DNA of 64,000 bases from an uncultured Veillonellaceae bacterium (GTDB lineage: Bacteria; Bacillota; Negativicutes; JARBTT01). Within the stretch, counting starts at the first letter, position 1. Each line of letters opens with the position of its first letter. The position numbers were made by a program, and so were the translations under genes. The notes under the pieces are model-generated. The model had not been told where the DNA came from and did not search any database. It saw only the letters and a program-made list of their open reading frames with translations. Positions 40,164 through 49,512 of this stretch are shown in pieces. The stretch lies in NCBI GenBank assembly GCA_963805085.1, contig CAWDTA010000005.1, forward strand, positions 32,001 through 96,000. Direction: 5' to 3'.

Positions 40164-40583
40164 ATGCCTAATAATAAATCACGTACGAAAGTGGGGATAT
40201 TAGTGATTAATCTACAGAGCATGCATCATATTGCAGTCATTGTGTCTGATTATGAGAAGTCAAAGCATTTTTATGTTGATTTATTGGGTTTTAAAATCGT
40301 GCGGGAGAATTATCGTCCACAGCGTGAGGATTATAAATTGGATTTAAAATTTGGCGATAGTGAATTGGAGATTTTCGGCATAAAAAATGCACCGAAACGT
40401 CCAAGTCCGGAAGCGTGCGGGCTCAGACATTTGGCTTTTAAAGTCGATTGTATTGAAGATGTTATTCGTGAACTCAATGACAAGGGAATCGAAACAGAGC
40501 CAGTACGATTTGACGAATTTACAGAGAGAAAGATGACGTTTTTTAAAGATCCAGATGGGTTGCCACTGGAACTGCATGAATAG
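40164..40583 (+). CDS. VOC/glyoxalase family protein (YaeR-like); true start probably ~40203
   Basis: HHIAVIVSDY, GLRHLAF, DPDGLPLELHE. Confidence 0.88.
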   Translation: MPNNKSRTKVGILVINLQSMHHIAVIVSDYEKSKHFYVDLLGFKIVRENYRPQREDYKLDLKFGDSELEIFGIKNAPKRPSPEACGLRHLAFKVDCIEDVIRELNDKGIETEPVRFDEFTERKMTFFKDPDGLPLELHE

Positions 40584-40689
40584 ATAAAAAATTTGCAAGA
40601 GGCATATGTTTTCTATGGTACCTTTATTGCAATTGATGCTCTGCTAGAAGCTATTGACAGTATAATTTGCATGATATAAGATAAGAATA

Positions 40690-40782
40690 TAAAAAGGTGC
40701 TACCGATAGACGGTCAGCCCCGTTATAAGTAGTTAAAAGTTTAACCGCCTAGTTTGCGAGACAGGGGCGGTTTACTTTTTTT
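40690..40782 (+). ncRNA. Putative antisense antitoxin RNA
   Basis: TTGACA(40654)-17-TAAGAT promoter; terminator aaccgcc…ggcggtt + U-tract overlapping the toxin stop. Confidence 0.55.
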
Positions 40783-40837
40783 GTAAAAGTACCACGAGAA
40801 TAATAAAAAGCAACAAAGTTGCATTCGTCTCATTCAT
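40772..40837 (-). CDS. 21-aa hydrophobic peptide MNETNATLLLFIILVVLLQKK, putative type I toxin
   Basis: GGGGGTG RBS inside a hairpin, TGnTATAAT promoter at 40900-40908 (minus), TM core plus basic tail. Confidence 0.65.
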   Translation of the reverse strand: MNETNATLLLFIILVVLLQKK

Positions 40838-41086
40838 GGGCATCACCCCCTTTTGGGGGCAAAATTGACCGCCTACCGTTATGGTAACACCTATTATGCA
40901 TTATAACATAAATTATGGAAGTATGTATATTCGCCGTTTATCGTTGATGATAAGCGGTTTTTCTTTTGTACTTTTAAGGAAAGTGTATATTTAAGATTTT
41001 TAAATTTTGGAAATATTTAAAGAAAATTTAAAGTTGTATTATTTGAAACTCTCGGGGATGATATAAATAAATTTAGGAGAGGAGAG

Positions 41087-41800
41087 TTGAAAATGTCCAA
41101 TTTTTCAAAAGATCAATTAAAAATATTCGAGAAAAAACTTATGGATGAGAAGAAACAGCTTTTAGAGACTGTTTCGCGTATAGAGGAAACAGGATTAAGT
41201 GATGCAATGTCAGATTCAGTATCGGAACTATCGATGTATGACAATCATCCTGCGGATATTGCGGATCAGGTTTTTGAGCGTAGTAAGGATTTAGCACTGA
41301 GAGATAACGAACATATTTTGCTGGAAAAGGTCGAAGCAGCTTTGGACAAGATCAAACAAGGAACTTACGGAGAGTGCAATCATTGTGGTAAATCTATTAA
41401 TATAAAAAGGCTTGAGGCTCTGCCATCGGCTATTTTATGCATGGAATGTCAGGAAGAGTCAGATAAGTTAGACTCAACTTCGCGTCCAGTGGAAGAAGAA
41501 GTCCTAGCACCACCATTTCATCAAAACTTTTTGGATAATGCTGAGTCTAATTCTGCTAGGTTTAATGGAGATGATGTTTTACAAGCAATATTGAAGTATG
41601 GAAGTTCAGATTCTGAGCAAGACCTACTTAGGATAAGCGATGATGATGATGGATGGCCGAGTAGTAATGATGAGCATCTAAATATCATTGATGATTCAGA
41701 TGCTATTCTTGATGATAATTATGACTTTACGGAAGATTTATTTGACAAGAAAAGTAACAAATCATCATGCGAAGACAGGAAAAGTAAGAATGACGATTAA
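41087..41800 (+). CDS. TraR/DksA C4 zinc-finger protein, YteA family
   Basis: ELSMYDNHPAD, YGECNHCG, RLEALP..LCMEC, RPVEEEVL. Confidence 0.9.
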   Translation: MKMSNFSKDQLKIFEKKLMDEKKQLLETVSRIEETGLSDAMSDSVSELSMYDNHPADIADQVFERSKDLALRDNEHILLEKVEAALDKIKQGTYGECNHCGKSINIKRLEALPSAILCMECQEESDKLDSTSRPVEEEVLAPPFHQNFLDNAESNSARFNGDDVLQAILKYGSSDSEQDLLRISDDDDGWPSSNDEHLNIIDDSDAILDDNYDFTEDLFDKKSNKSSCEDRKSKNDD

Positions 41801-41881
41801 GGTTCTATTTTTTAGCACGAATGATGAGAAGTTCCAGTAAAAATAATAATAATCCAGTTGAATTATAAATTCAGCTGGATT

Positions 41882-42125
41882 CAGCTTGTAGACAAACTAT
41901 GGACAGACAGCCCGCGGGTCGGCGATAAGCACTCATCTGCGTCGTTACAGCAAGATACTGCTCGTCGACGTACGAAAGTACGACTCCTTCAGAGTCTCTT
42001 ACTGTGCCTAGCATCTGAGTACTTCTCACCAACCGGCAGCCTATCTTCGTACTAGTTTATAAGTGGAACGGATTTAGATATTTTCTAAATCATCGATATA
42101 AATGTTTTGTTTTGTCGACATCTTG
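41882..42125. mobile_element. 244-bp MITE-like element with 31-bp direct repeats of a terminator hairpin
   Basis: Ends cagcttgtagacaaa / tttgtcgacatcttg; DRs 41851-41881 and 42126-42156. Confidence 0.8.
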
Positions 42126-42246
42126 AATCCAGTTGAATTATAAATTCAGCTGGATTTTTTTTGTATAAAATGAATGGCAAAGGCTATGGTATCTAGCTAA
42201 TTCTTGGTACGATAAACTAAAATTAAAATAATTGTATTAGTTTGAG

Positions 42247-42278
42247 TTTAAAAATTGCAACTGAAAGAATGTATATAA
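42247..42278 (+). promoter_or_regulatory. TTTAAAAA-N12-GAATGTATATAA motif
   Basis: 37 nt upstream of ATG 42316. Confidence 0.6.
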
Positions 42279-42315
42279 GTGAAGGTTCTTAAAAAAATCT
42301 AAAAAAGGTAAAGGG

Positions 42316-44007
42316 ATGAGAAACATGGATTTAAACACAATGCAAAACACAGTAATCCCTAAAGTCATTTTTTCTGACAATGTAAAACAGCTGGATTTCA
42401 ACACTGTCAAAGGGATGGGAGAAAGAATGATTACACTTGGGCTGAAGAAGTCAGCAGAAAAAATCAACATGCAGCAAAAAAGTATGGCGATTGATACCTT
42501 AGCAGACTCGAAGGCAGCAGCACAGGCCACGAATATTTCTATTGATCCAAGTACAGCAATCGAAATCAATGCCGATATTGCCTACTCTATCGGGACCGCA
42601 GCGGCTGGTCAACAGCTTCTAGTTAAAATCAATACAACGAATATGTTAAAGCTTACGGCGATTACAAGTTTTAGTGCAGCTACTACCTTTCAAACATTTG
42701 TATTTACACTGAATGCACAGAATGAAATTAACCAGATTGTACAATCAATTGATTACTTTGGTTCTTTTGATGTTGTTTCGTTCTTGCCTAAAGGAGGGTA
42801 TTATTACGTTCTGATCTATATCACTGCCGGTGGTGGAGATATGCAGTTTCAATTAGCAAAATCAGATACATGCAGTGCGGCAGAGCCAAATGATACGCCA
42901 AGCACACTTACAGCTAAGGTAAATGGTTTTAAGCTTACAGATATGTTTGATAACATCAATGATCTGGATGCAGTTCATTTAAGTGTTACCAAACCAAATG
43001 ATGCAGCCACAACGCCTGAAACAATGAGTATGGCATTTATTTTTAATGATAGCAATACAAAAGGTACCGTTAATCTTTACATTTATAATGTAAATCAAGG
43101 TGCTTGGGGTGTAGCTGCTGCATTAACAGCACCATTTATTGATATAAAATGGGCGCCACCAGAATTTGGAGATTATTATGTGTATGTGCAACCGACATCC
43201 GCTGATTTACTGAATAAAGGTTATGTGTTTAGTGCGGGGCAGCTTTCAACAGATGTAGCACAGGTAAACCGATTTGATCTTACAGATATGTTTGATAACC
43301 TCTATGATATGGATACGGTTCATTTAAGCATTACAAAACCAAATGATGCAGCCACGACGCCAGAGCCAGTGTATATGTCGTTCATTTTTAAAGATATCAA
43401 TACAAAAGGTAACGTTAATCTTTGCATTATTAATGTGAATCAAGGTACCTGGAGTGTAAAGAATGCAGCATTAGCAGCACCATTTGTTGGTTTGAAATGG
43501 GAGCCGAAAACATTTGGAGATTACTATGTGTATGTACAGCCGACAACCGCTAATTTAGTGAATAAAGAATATACGTTTAGTGCAGGACAGCTTTCGGCAA
43601 TTATTGTTCCATTCAGCATAAATGTTGGAAGTGTAACCTCATACCGGGATTACGGAAAATATGGCGGGGAATTTTGGGTGAATGGTGGCAGTTGTGTGAT
43701 TCTTGGCTGGGCACGAGGAGTCAAAGACGGGTCAGATGGTTATGCATGTCCTGATACGCCTTTGGAAATTGAGATCACGGGAAAAGATGCAGGCGATGTC
43801 ACAAGGGCATATGCAGTCACTGATAAAAATGGTAACTTTCAAATGACCGTTGGCTTGCCATATAGCTATGGGAAAGATGGTGCTTTCAGTGGTTACAAAT
43901 ATATACATAGCTATGACATACAGCCAGTTGAATTTTATGGCATAAATGGTAAAGATGGTAAAGACATTTACTCAAACATGGATGTAATTTTAAATGTAGT
44001 AGATTGA
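42316..44007 (+). CDS. Hypothetical beta-rich protein with two ~115-aa tandem modules
   Basis: EPNDT motif; repeats LTDMFDN…GDYYVYVQP…FSAGQLS at 42916-43260 and 43261-43598. Confidence 0.8.
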   Translation: MRNMDLNTMQNTVIPKVIFSDNVKQLDFNTVKGMGERMITLGLKKSAEKINMQQKSMAIDTLADSKAAAQATNISIDPSTAIEINADIAYSIGTAAAGQQLLVKINTTNMLKLTAITSFSAATTFQTFVFTLNAQNEINQIVQSIDYFGSFDVVSFLPKGGYYYVLIYITAGGGDMQFQLAKSDTCSAAEPNDTPSTLTAKVNGFKLTDMFDNINDLDAVHLSVTKPNDAATTPETMSMAFIFNDSNTKGTVNLYIYNVNQGAWGVAAALTAPFIDIKWAPPEFGDYYVYVQPTSADLLNKGYVFSAGQLSTDVAQVNRFDLTDMFDNLYDMDTVHLSITKPNDAATTPEPVYMSFIFKDINTKGNVNLCIINVNQGTWSVKNAALAAPFVGLKWEPKTFGDYYVYVQPTTANLVNKEYTFSAGQLSAIIVPFSINVGSVTSYRDYGKYGGEFWVNGGSCVILGWARGVKDGSDGYACPDTPLEIEITGKDAGDVTRAYAVTDKNGNFQMTVGLPYSYGKDGAFSGYKYIHSYDIQPVEFYGINGKDGKDIYSNMDVILNVVD

Positions 44008-44102
44008 TATTGTTATGCTGAATGAGAAGTTACTAAATAAGGAAATTTAATGATGTAGAGAAGCTTTTTGCTTTACTTATGCATACCAGCCCTTAAATAT
44101 TA

Positions 44103-44153
44103 AAAAGTGTAGATGAGATAGTCAAAAATGGTTATCTTATCTACACTTTTTTT
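44103..44153 (+). terminator. Intrinsic terminator
   Basis: aaaagtgtagatgagatag…ttatcttatctacactttttt. Confidence 0.8.
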
Positions 44154-44230
44154 ATTTGTAATAGGTGTATTGTTTTAATAGGAAATACGTATATTACTAT
44201 TTTGAGATAAAATATAAATTATGGAATAAC

Positions 44231-44257
44231 TTAACTTTTTTTTAAAAATTACGATAT
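44231..44257 (+). promoter_or_regulatory. Possible sigma-28 (SigD/FliA) promoter
   Basis: TTAA-N15-TACGATAT versus TAAA-N15-GCCGATAT. Confidence 0.45.
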
Positions 44258-44312
44258 ATTATAATAACAAGACATGATTTCATGGATGGAGTTTTAGAAA
44301 GGGAGTTTTAGT

Positions 44313-45290
44313 ATGCAGATTACAAACAAGCAACAGATCGTTGCTCATAAAAACACGATTCAAGGTGAGAAAGTCGTAGGTGCAAGTAATGGCAGGGCAA
44401 AGGTAAGTCTAAGTAAAGGTTTCAGTAGTACCCCGGCGGCGACGTTTAAAAATTCAACGAAGGATGACTATGACGCCTCAACATTGAATCCATTACAAAA
44501 ACGTGTTTTATCATTACAAGAACAAATAACAAATCTCAATAGTGATGAGAAAATGGATAATGACACGAAGAACAGCCAACTGAAATCTCTTCAAGAAGAA
44601 CTTGAGTCAGTACAGGAACAAATGGTAAAGCAGCAAGAAGATGCTCCCATAACGGATACAAGCCCCCAAATAGACAGTAAAGATGAAGCAACAGTTACTA
44701 CAGAAAATACTGATACCGATAAGATTAATTCAACAGAAAATAATGATAAGTCAGCGGAGCAACAACAAGTGTCTTTTGGGAAAACTCTTCAAATGAAGAG
44801 TTCATCTCCTGTAAAAAGTTCATCCGCTATGGCAATTTATTCCGAAGAGCAGGATTGGTACAGCAGTCAGGAATATAAAGACCTTGTAGAAAAATGGCGC
44901 AAAGAAGGTTATACGGACGAGCAAATTTATTACGACACGCATGTGGTTGAGGCACCAGGAGGAGTAATGGGGGATCACATGCATGAAATAACAGGTATAG
45001 TCAAAGATGTATGCGATAAATATGGATTTGATTATTATGAACGGCGTGGTCATGAGCCGGATATGGAAGCTATTTTGAAAAAAAACGGCAAAAAAGGTAA
45101 AAGTATTTATGAAGCGATGAGTCAAGCCTTTTCCGACTTTGAAAAAACCATTTGGCAGCAAACAGCAAAAGATCGCGAGGGATTTTCGTTTACCCATGAT
45201 AATGGATACGAAGGTGCGATTTGGAAAATTATTATCCCATCAAGTGCCGATCCAAATAAAAGTCGAGATCCGTTGAGTTTTATTAAATAA
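44313..45290 (+). CDS. Hypothetical protein with FlxA-like coiled coil (paralog 1)
   Basis: LQKRVLSLQEQITNLNSDEKMDNDTKNSQLKSLQEEL; disordered N-terminus. Confidence 0.75.
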   Translation: MQITNKQQIVAHKNTIQGEKVVGASNGRAKVSLSKGFSSTPAATFKNSTKDDYDASTLNPLQKRVLSLQEQITNLNSDEKMDNDTKNSQLKSLQEELESVQEQMVKQQEDAPITDTSPQIDSKDEATVTTENTDTDKINSTENNDKSAEQQQVSFGKTLQMKSSSPVKSSSAMAIYSEEQDWYSSQEYKDLVEKWRKEGYTDEQIYYDTHVVEAPGGVMGDHMHEITGIVKDVCDKYGFDYYERRGHEPDMEAILKKNGKKGKSIYEAMSQAFSDFEKTIWQQTAKDREGFSFTHDNGYEGAIWKIIIPSSADPNKSRDPLSFIK

Positions 45291-45421
45291 ATACCTAAAT
45301 TAATAGAAATTTTAATTGAGCCTTAAATTTATGGCTCAATTTTCTTACAGATAAAAGGGGATTCATAATATAATAGCAAGACATAATTTCATGGATGGAG
45401 TTTTAGAAAGGGAGTTTTAGT

Positions 45422-46327
45422 ATGCAGATTACAAATAAGCAACAGATCGTTGCTCATAAAAACGCGATTCAAGGTGAAAAAGTTGTAGGCACTAGTAATA
45501 ACAAGGTACAGGAAAAGACAGGTAAAGGTTTCAGTAGTACCCCGGCGGCGTTGTTTAAAAATTCAACGAAGGATGACTATGACACCTCAACCTTGAATTC
45601 ATCACAAAAGCGTATTTTGTCATTGCAAGAACAAATTGCGAATTTCAATGGTGATGAGAAAATGGAGAATGACACGAAGAGCAACCTATTGAAACCTCTG
45701 CAAGAGGAGCTTGCATCGGTGCAGGAAGAAATGTTAAAGCAGCAGGAAGATGCTCTCGCAGTAAAGACAAATAATAAAGATCTAGAATATTGCAAACATG
45801 TTTATAAAGAGGGCTGTGATGGTTGTATTGATTACACCAATCCAGATTATTACAAAGATCAGGATTTTAAAGATTTTGTTTCAGAATGTTATAAAGAAAG
45901 TTATACGGATGAGCAGATTTACGGATTCACACATATAGTTACCGCACCAGAAATAGAAATGGGTTCTCACATTTGGGAAATAAAAGATATGGTCAAAGAC
46001 GTATGTGCTAAATACGGATTCAATTATTATGAGCGGCGTGGTCATATGCCAGATATGGAAGCTATTTTGAAAGAAAATGGTAAAGCGGCGTATGAAGCAT
46101 TGAATCAAGTTTTTTCCGAATTCGAAAAAAACATTTGGCAGCAAGGATCAAAAGATCGTGAGGGGTTTTCCGCTTTTCAAAGAAAACTTGGGGAGCAGGG
46201 ATTACAAAATGGACAGGACGTTTCGTCTTCCCATAATGGTGGATTTAGCGGTACGATTTGGGAAGTTCTGATCCCACCAAGTGCAGATCCAAATAAAAGC
46301 CGAGATCCGTTGAGCTTTATTAAATAA
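45422..46327 (+). CDS. Hypothetical protein with FlxA-like coiled coil (paralog 2)
   Basis: Tandem duplicate of 44313 including leader and 3' flank. Confidence 0.75.
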   Translation: MQITNKQQIVAHKNAIQGEKVVGTSNNKVQEKTGKGFSSTPAALFKNSTKDDYDTSTLNSSQKRILSLQEQIANFNGDEKMENDTKSNLLKPLQEELASVQEEMLKQQEDALAVKTNNKDLEYCKHVYKEGCDGCIDYTNPDYYKDQDFKDFVSECYKESYTDEQIYGFTHIVTAPEIEMGSHIWEIKDMVKDVCAKYGFNYYERRGHMPDMEAILKENGKAAYEALNQVFSEFEKNIWQQGSKDREGFSAFQRKLGEQGLQNGQDVSSSHNGGFSGTIWEVLIPPSADPNKSRDPLSFIK

Positions 46328-46397
46328 ATAACTAAATTAATAGAAATTTTAATTAGCATCAAATTTATAAATAAAATTTTTCTGCATAAAGAAAAAG

Positions 46398-46446
46398 ATA
46401 GTATTGCAGTGTTAGAATGCTTTCTAGCACTGGAATACTATTTTTT
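46398..46446 (+). terminator. Intrinsic terminator
   Basis: atagtattgcagtgttagaa…ttctagcactggaatactat tttttt. Confidence 0.7.
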
Positions 46447-46449
46447 ATG

Positions 46450-46507
46450 ATTTTTGTTTACATGGAAACAAAAATATGTTATTGTTATATTGTTTCTGTG
46501 GAAACAA
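46450..46507. promoter_or_regulatory. Pair of palindromic MarR operators
   Basis: ttgtttacatggaaacaa and ttgtttctgtggaaacaa. Confidence 0.7.
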
Positions 46508-46520
46508 AGGAGGTTTTAGT

Positions 46521-46973
46521 ATAGATAATGCAATGCAAATTATAAGATCACTTACGCGAATACAAGAGCGTTCTGATATTCTTGAGCATCATCAAGAGGA
46601 GATTTTTGCGGGGATTAGTTTAGCGGAAGCACATTGTATCGATAAGATTGGTTCGATTGACTATGCAAATGTCACGAAAGTGGCTGCTGAAATGGGGATG
46701 ACACGAGGGGCTATAAGTAAAATCAGTAAGAAACTATTAAATAAAAATTTAATTGAAAGTTACCAAAAGCCAGAGAATAACAAAGAAATTTATTTTTGTC
46801 TTACGGAGCAAGGTAAAAAAGTATATATTGAGCATAAAAAATGTCATAAGCAAGCGAATGAAGAAAAATTATTAATTTTGTCAAAGTATAGTGAAACTGA
46901 GCAATTGATTATCTTGCGGTTTCTGAGCGATATGAACCGGAGATATGATAAAAAGATAAATGAAGAAGTATAA
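46521..46973 (+). CDS. MarR-family regulator (start uncertain: ATA 46521 or ATG 46533)
   Basis: EAHCID, TRGAISK, NKEIYFCLTEQG; GGAGG RBS precedes ATA. Confidence 0.85.
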   Translation: MDNAMQIIRSLTRIQERSDILEHHQEEIFAGISLAEAHCIDKIGSIDYANVTKVAAEMGMTRGAISKISKKLLNKNLIESYQKPENNKEIYFCLTEQGKKVYIEHKKCHKQANEEKLLILSKYSETEQLIILRFLSDMNRRYDKKINEEV

Positions 46974-46994
46974 ATAGGATACATAAAGGGGGAT

Positions 46995-48197
46995 ATGAAT
47001 TTGAATCGAAAATATGTGTATGTAGTAGCGTTAGGTCATTTTTTCTGTGATATTGGCATGGGAGCATTGCCAGCAATTTTGCCATTTTTTATTTTACAGT
47101 ATGGTATGGATTATCAGGCAGTAGCAGGATTGATGTTTGCTTCCTGCTTTTTATCATCGGTTGTCCAACCGACCTTCGGCTGGCTGGCAGATCGTACGTC
47201 AAAAACATGGCTTATGCCACTGGGAATTTTCTTAGCTGGTGCAGCAATGGGGCTGGCGGGGCTTTTTGAAAATTATTGGTCTATTTTTGCAGTCGTAACG
47301 GTGAGTGGCATCGGCAGTGCTATTTTCCATCCAGAAGCGGCGCGGATGATCCATAAGCTTTCTGGAGCAAAAAGAGGCACAGCGCTGAGTATTTTTTCTG
47401 TGGGCGGGAACGGTGGTTTCGCTGTCGGCCCGATTATTGCCGTGGCTGCCATTACGGCGTTCGGTATGAAAGGAACGGCGGTATTTTGTTTATTGGCCTT
47501 GATCATGGCAATTGTTTTATTGATCATTGTTCCGAAAATGAAAGCAGATATCGCGCAGACATCATTATCTGAAGCAGCGGCAGCTGGAAAGGGAGCAGAA
47601 CCAAAAAGCAATCTTCAAAATGATTGGCCATCTTTTGCACGCTTGACACTGTTGATCGTTTTTAGTTCGATTGTCATTTGCGGGTTACGAAGCTTTATTC
47701 CGCTATATTTGGTAAATGTCACAGGGCTTTCTACTGCGGCAGCTGGCTCGGCGTTGACGTTATTATTTATGTTTGGTGTAGTGACTACACTCATTGGTGG
47801 ACTATTGGCAGACAGAATCGGTTATTTGAAAGTGGTGCAGATGAGTTATGTACTTTTGGTACCGATGGTAGGTTTATTATCACAGACGACGAATGCGTTC
47901 ATTTGTTATGCGCTGATGATACCGATCGGCTTTGCGATGTTTTCACCGTTTAGTTCAGTCGTTGTTTTGGGGCAGAATTATTTAGCACGTAGTATAGGTT
48001 TTGCTTCGGGCGTGACGCTAGGGCTTACTTTTAGTGTAGGTGGTGTGTTTGTTCCATTGATTGGTAGTTTTGCGGATCATTACGGCCTGCCAGCGACGAT
48101 GGAACTTCTCACCGCGTTTGCATTACTGGCAGCATTATGTTCTTTCTTTTTGCCAAAACCTGTACATATGAGGGCAACTCAAGCGAAGGCTGTGTAA
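46995..48197 (+). CDS. MFS transporter, Fsr (fosmidomycin resistance)-like
   Basis: QPTFGWLADR, AIFHPE, FSVGGNGGFAVGP. Confidence 0.9.
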   Translation: MNLNRKYVYVVALGHFFCDIGMGALPAILPFFILQYGMDYQAVAGLMFASCFLSSVVQPTFGWLADRTSKTWLMPLGIFLAGAAMGLAGLFENYWSIFAVVTVSGIGSAIFHPEAARMIHKLSGAKRGTALSIFSVGGNGGFAVGPIIAVAAITAFGMKGTAVFCLLALIMAIVLLIIVPKMKADIAQTSLSEAAAAGKGAEPKSNLQNDWPSFARLTLLIVFSSIVICGLRSFIPLYLVNVTGLSTAAAGSALTLLFMFGVVTTLIGGLLADRIGYLKVVQMSYVLLVPMVGLLSQTTNAFICYALMIPIGFAMFSPFSSVVVLGQNYLARSIGFASGVTLGLTFSVGGVFVPLIGSFADHYGLPATMELLTAFALLAALCSFFLPKPVHMRATQAKAV

Positions 48198-48495
48198 GTA
48201 GTTCGGATATCTTTGAAAAAGCATACGAAAAAAATAAAATTTCATCCGGGTTAATATTTAGGCTGTTGAGAAAATTATATCTCAACAGCCTTTTAAATTT
48301 ATATTACTATTACAAAAATCCACTTAAAACATCAATAAATATTAGTTTAGAAAAAATTTGTATTACCCCGTATCCATTTTAGTTATAATTGAGACTAATA
48401 TTATAGAAATTGATTGATCCACTAGTTATGGATGTTGATTAAATAGACAGCATTTTGTCATAAAAAACAAGATCAGCTAGAAAGGATAAACTATA

Positions 48496-49135
48496 ATGAA
48501 AGTAGAGTCCAATATTCGTGGAATTATTGTACCGCATGCCCCAACATTGCTGGCAGAGAAAATTGACGATCAAGCATCTTCCGTTATAGCAGCACTTCAG
48601 GATTGTGGCAAAAGGATGGAAGAGTGGGGGGGGGGAGGTTGTCGTTGCAGTTACAACGCATTGGCAAACGGAGGATAAATTTTTCATAGATAATTCATTA
48701 CTACATGAAACATCAATGGAGTATTCTAATTGCGAAACCCAATTTGCCTATGATGTCTTTGGACATCCGGAATTGGCCGAATTGTTATTGCAGGCAGGTG
48801 AAAGAAATTTGATCTTTCCTAGCATTTGTAAACATGGTACTGATCATGCGATTGCTATTCCCTTACACTTTATGTTTTCAGAAAAAAATATTCCTGTAAT
48901 TCCGCTCTCTGTATCTGGTTCAATGCTCTGTTCATTCCGATGGGGGAGAACGTTGAGGGATACACTAAGAAAATGGGGTGGGAAAGTATTATTTCTTGCT
49001 TCTGGTTCCCTTTTTCACGATTTTAACTGTTTTATGAGTGGTAAGATGCTGATGGAACATGAAAAACTTGATTGGCAGGTTCTTAAACTGCTTTCAGAGG
49101 GAAAAGGTATGGATATTTTGGAGATTGATCAAAGC
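48496..49135 (+). pseudogene. LigB/DODA-type extradiol dioxygenase, frameshifted at G10 and 3'-truncated
   Basis: VPHAPTL in frame 1; TTHW, TDHAIAIPL, ASGSLFH in frame 2; G10 at 48626-48635. Confidence 0.75.
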
Positions 49136-49431
49136 CTAATGAGGATCCAGATAAGATGTGTGAGACGAAATATAAGCAATTTTTGGTGCAGCAAGCAATT
49201 TTGAAATTGCCTGAAACTCAGCGTGTTCTTATTATTTTGCATGATCTTGAGGGAATCCCTGTTTCGGAAGTTGCCAGTATTTTAAATATGAATACCAATG
49301 CAGCAAAATCAAGAATTCATCGTGGTAGAGCGGCTTTGCGCAATATTATAAGGAAAGGTTTTGTGGTCAAAGGAATGGAAGGGGTAGGCGTAGGCGTTTT
49401 TTCAACTGAAGATTCTAGTAAAATGATGTAG
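49135..49431 (+). pseudogene. ECF sigma factor region-4 relic
   Basis: LPETQRVLIILHDLEG..VSEVASIL…KSRIHRGR; region 2 absent. Confidence 0.75.
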
Positions 49432-49450
49432 AAAAAAAGTTGCAATAGGC

Positions 49451-49480
49451 CGTATCCTTTTCACAGAAAGAGTTGACTAA
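49451..49480 (+). promoter_or_regulatory. Possible ECF promoter
   Basis: cgtatcc-N16-tgactaa directly upstream of the DoxX gene. Confidence 0.4.
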
Positions 49481-49512
49481 CTATATAAATACAAAAAAAG
49501 GGGATTTAAAAA

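Noticed and set aside
41858-42055. 65-aa ORF
   Set aside because: Runs through the terminator duplication and MITE
48626-48635. Functional phase variation at G10
   Set aside because: Gene is truncated downstream anyway, so switching would not restore a full enzyme
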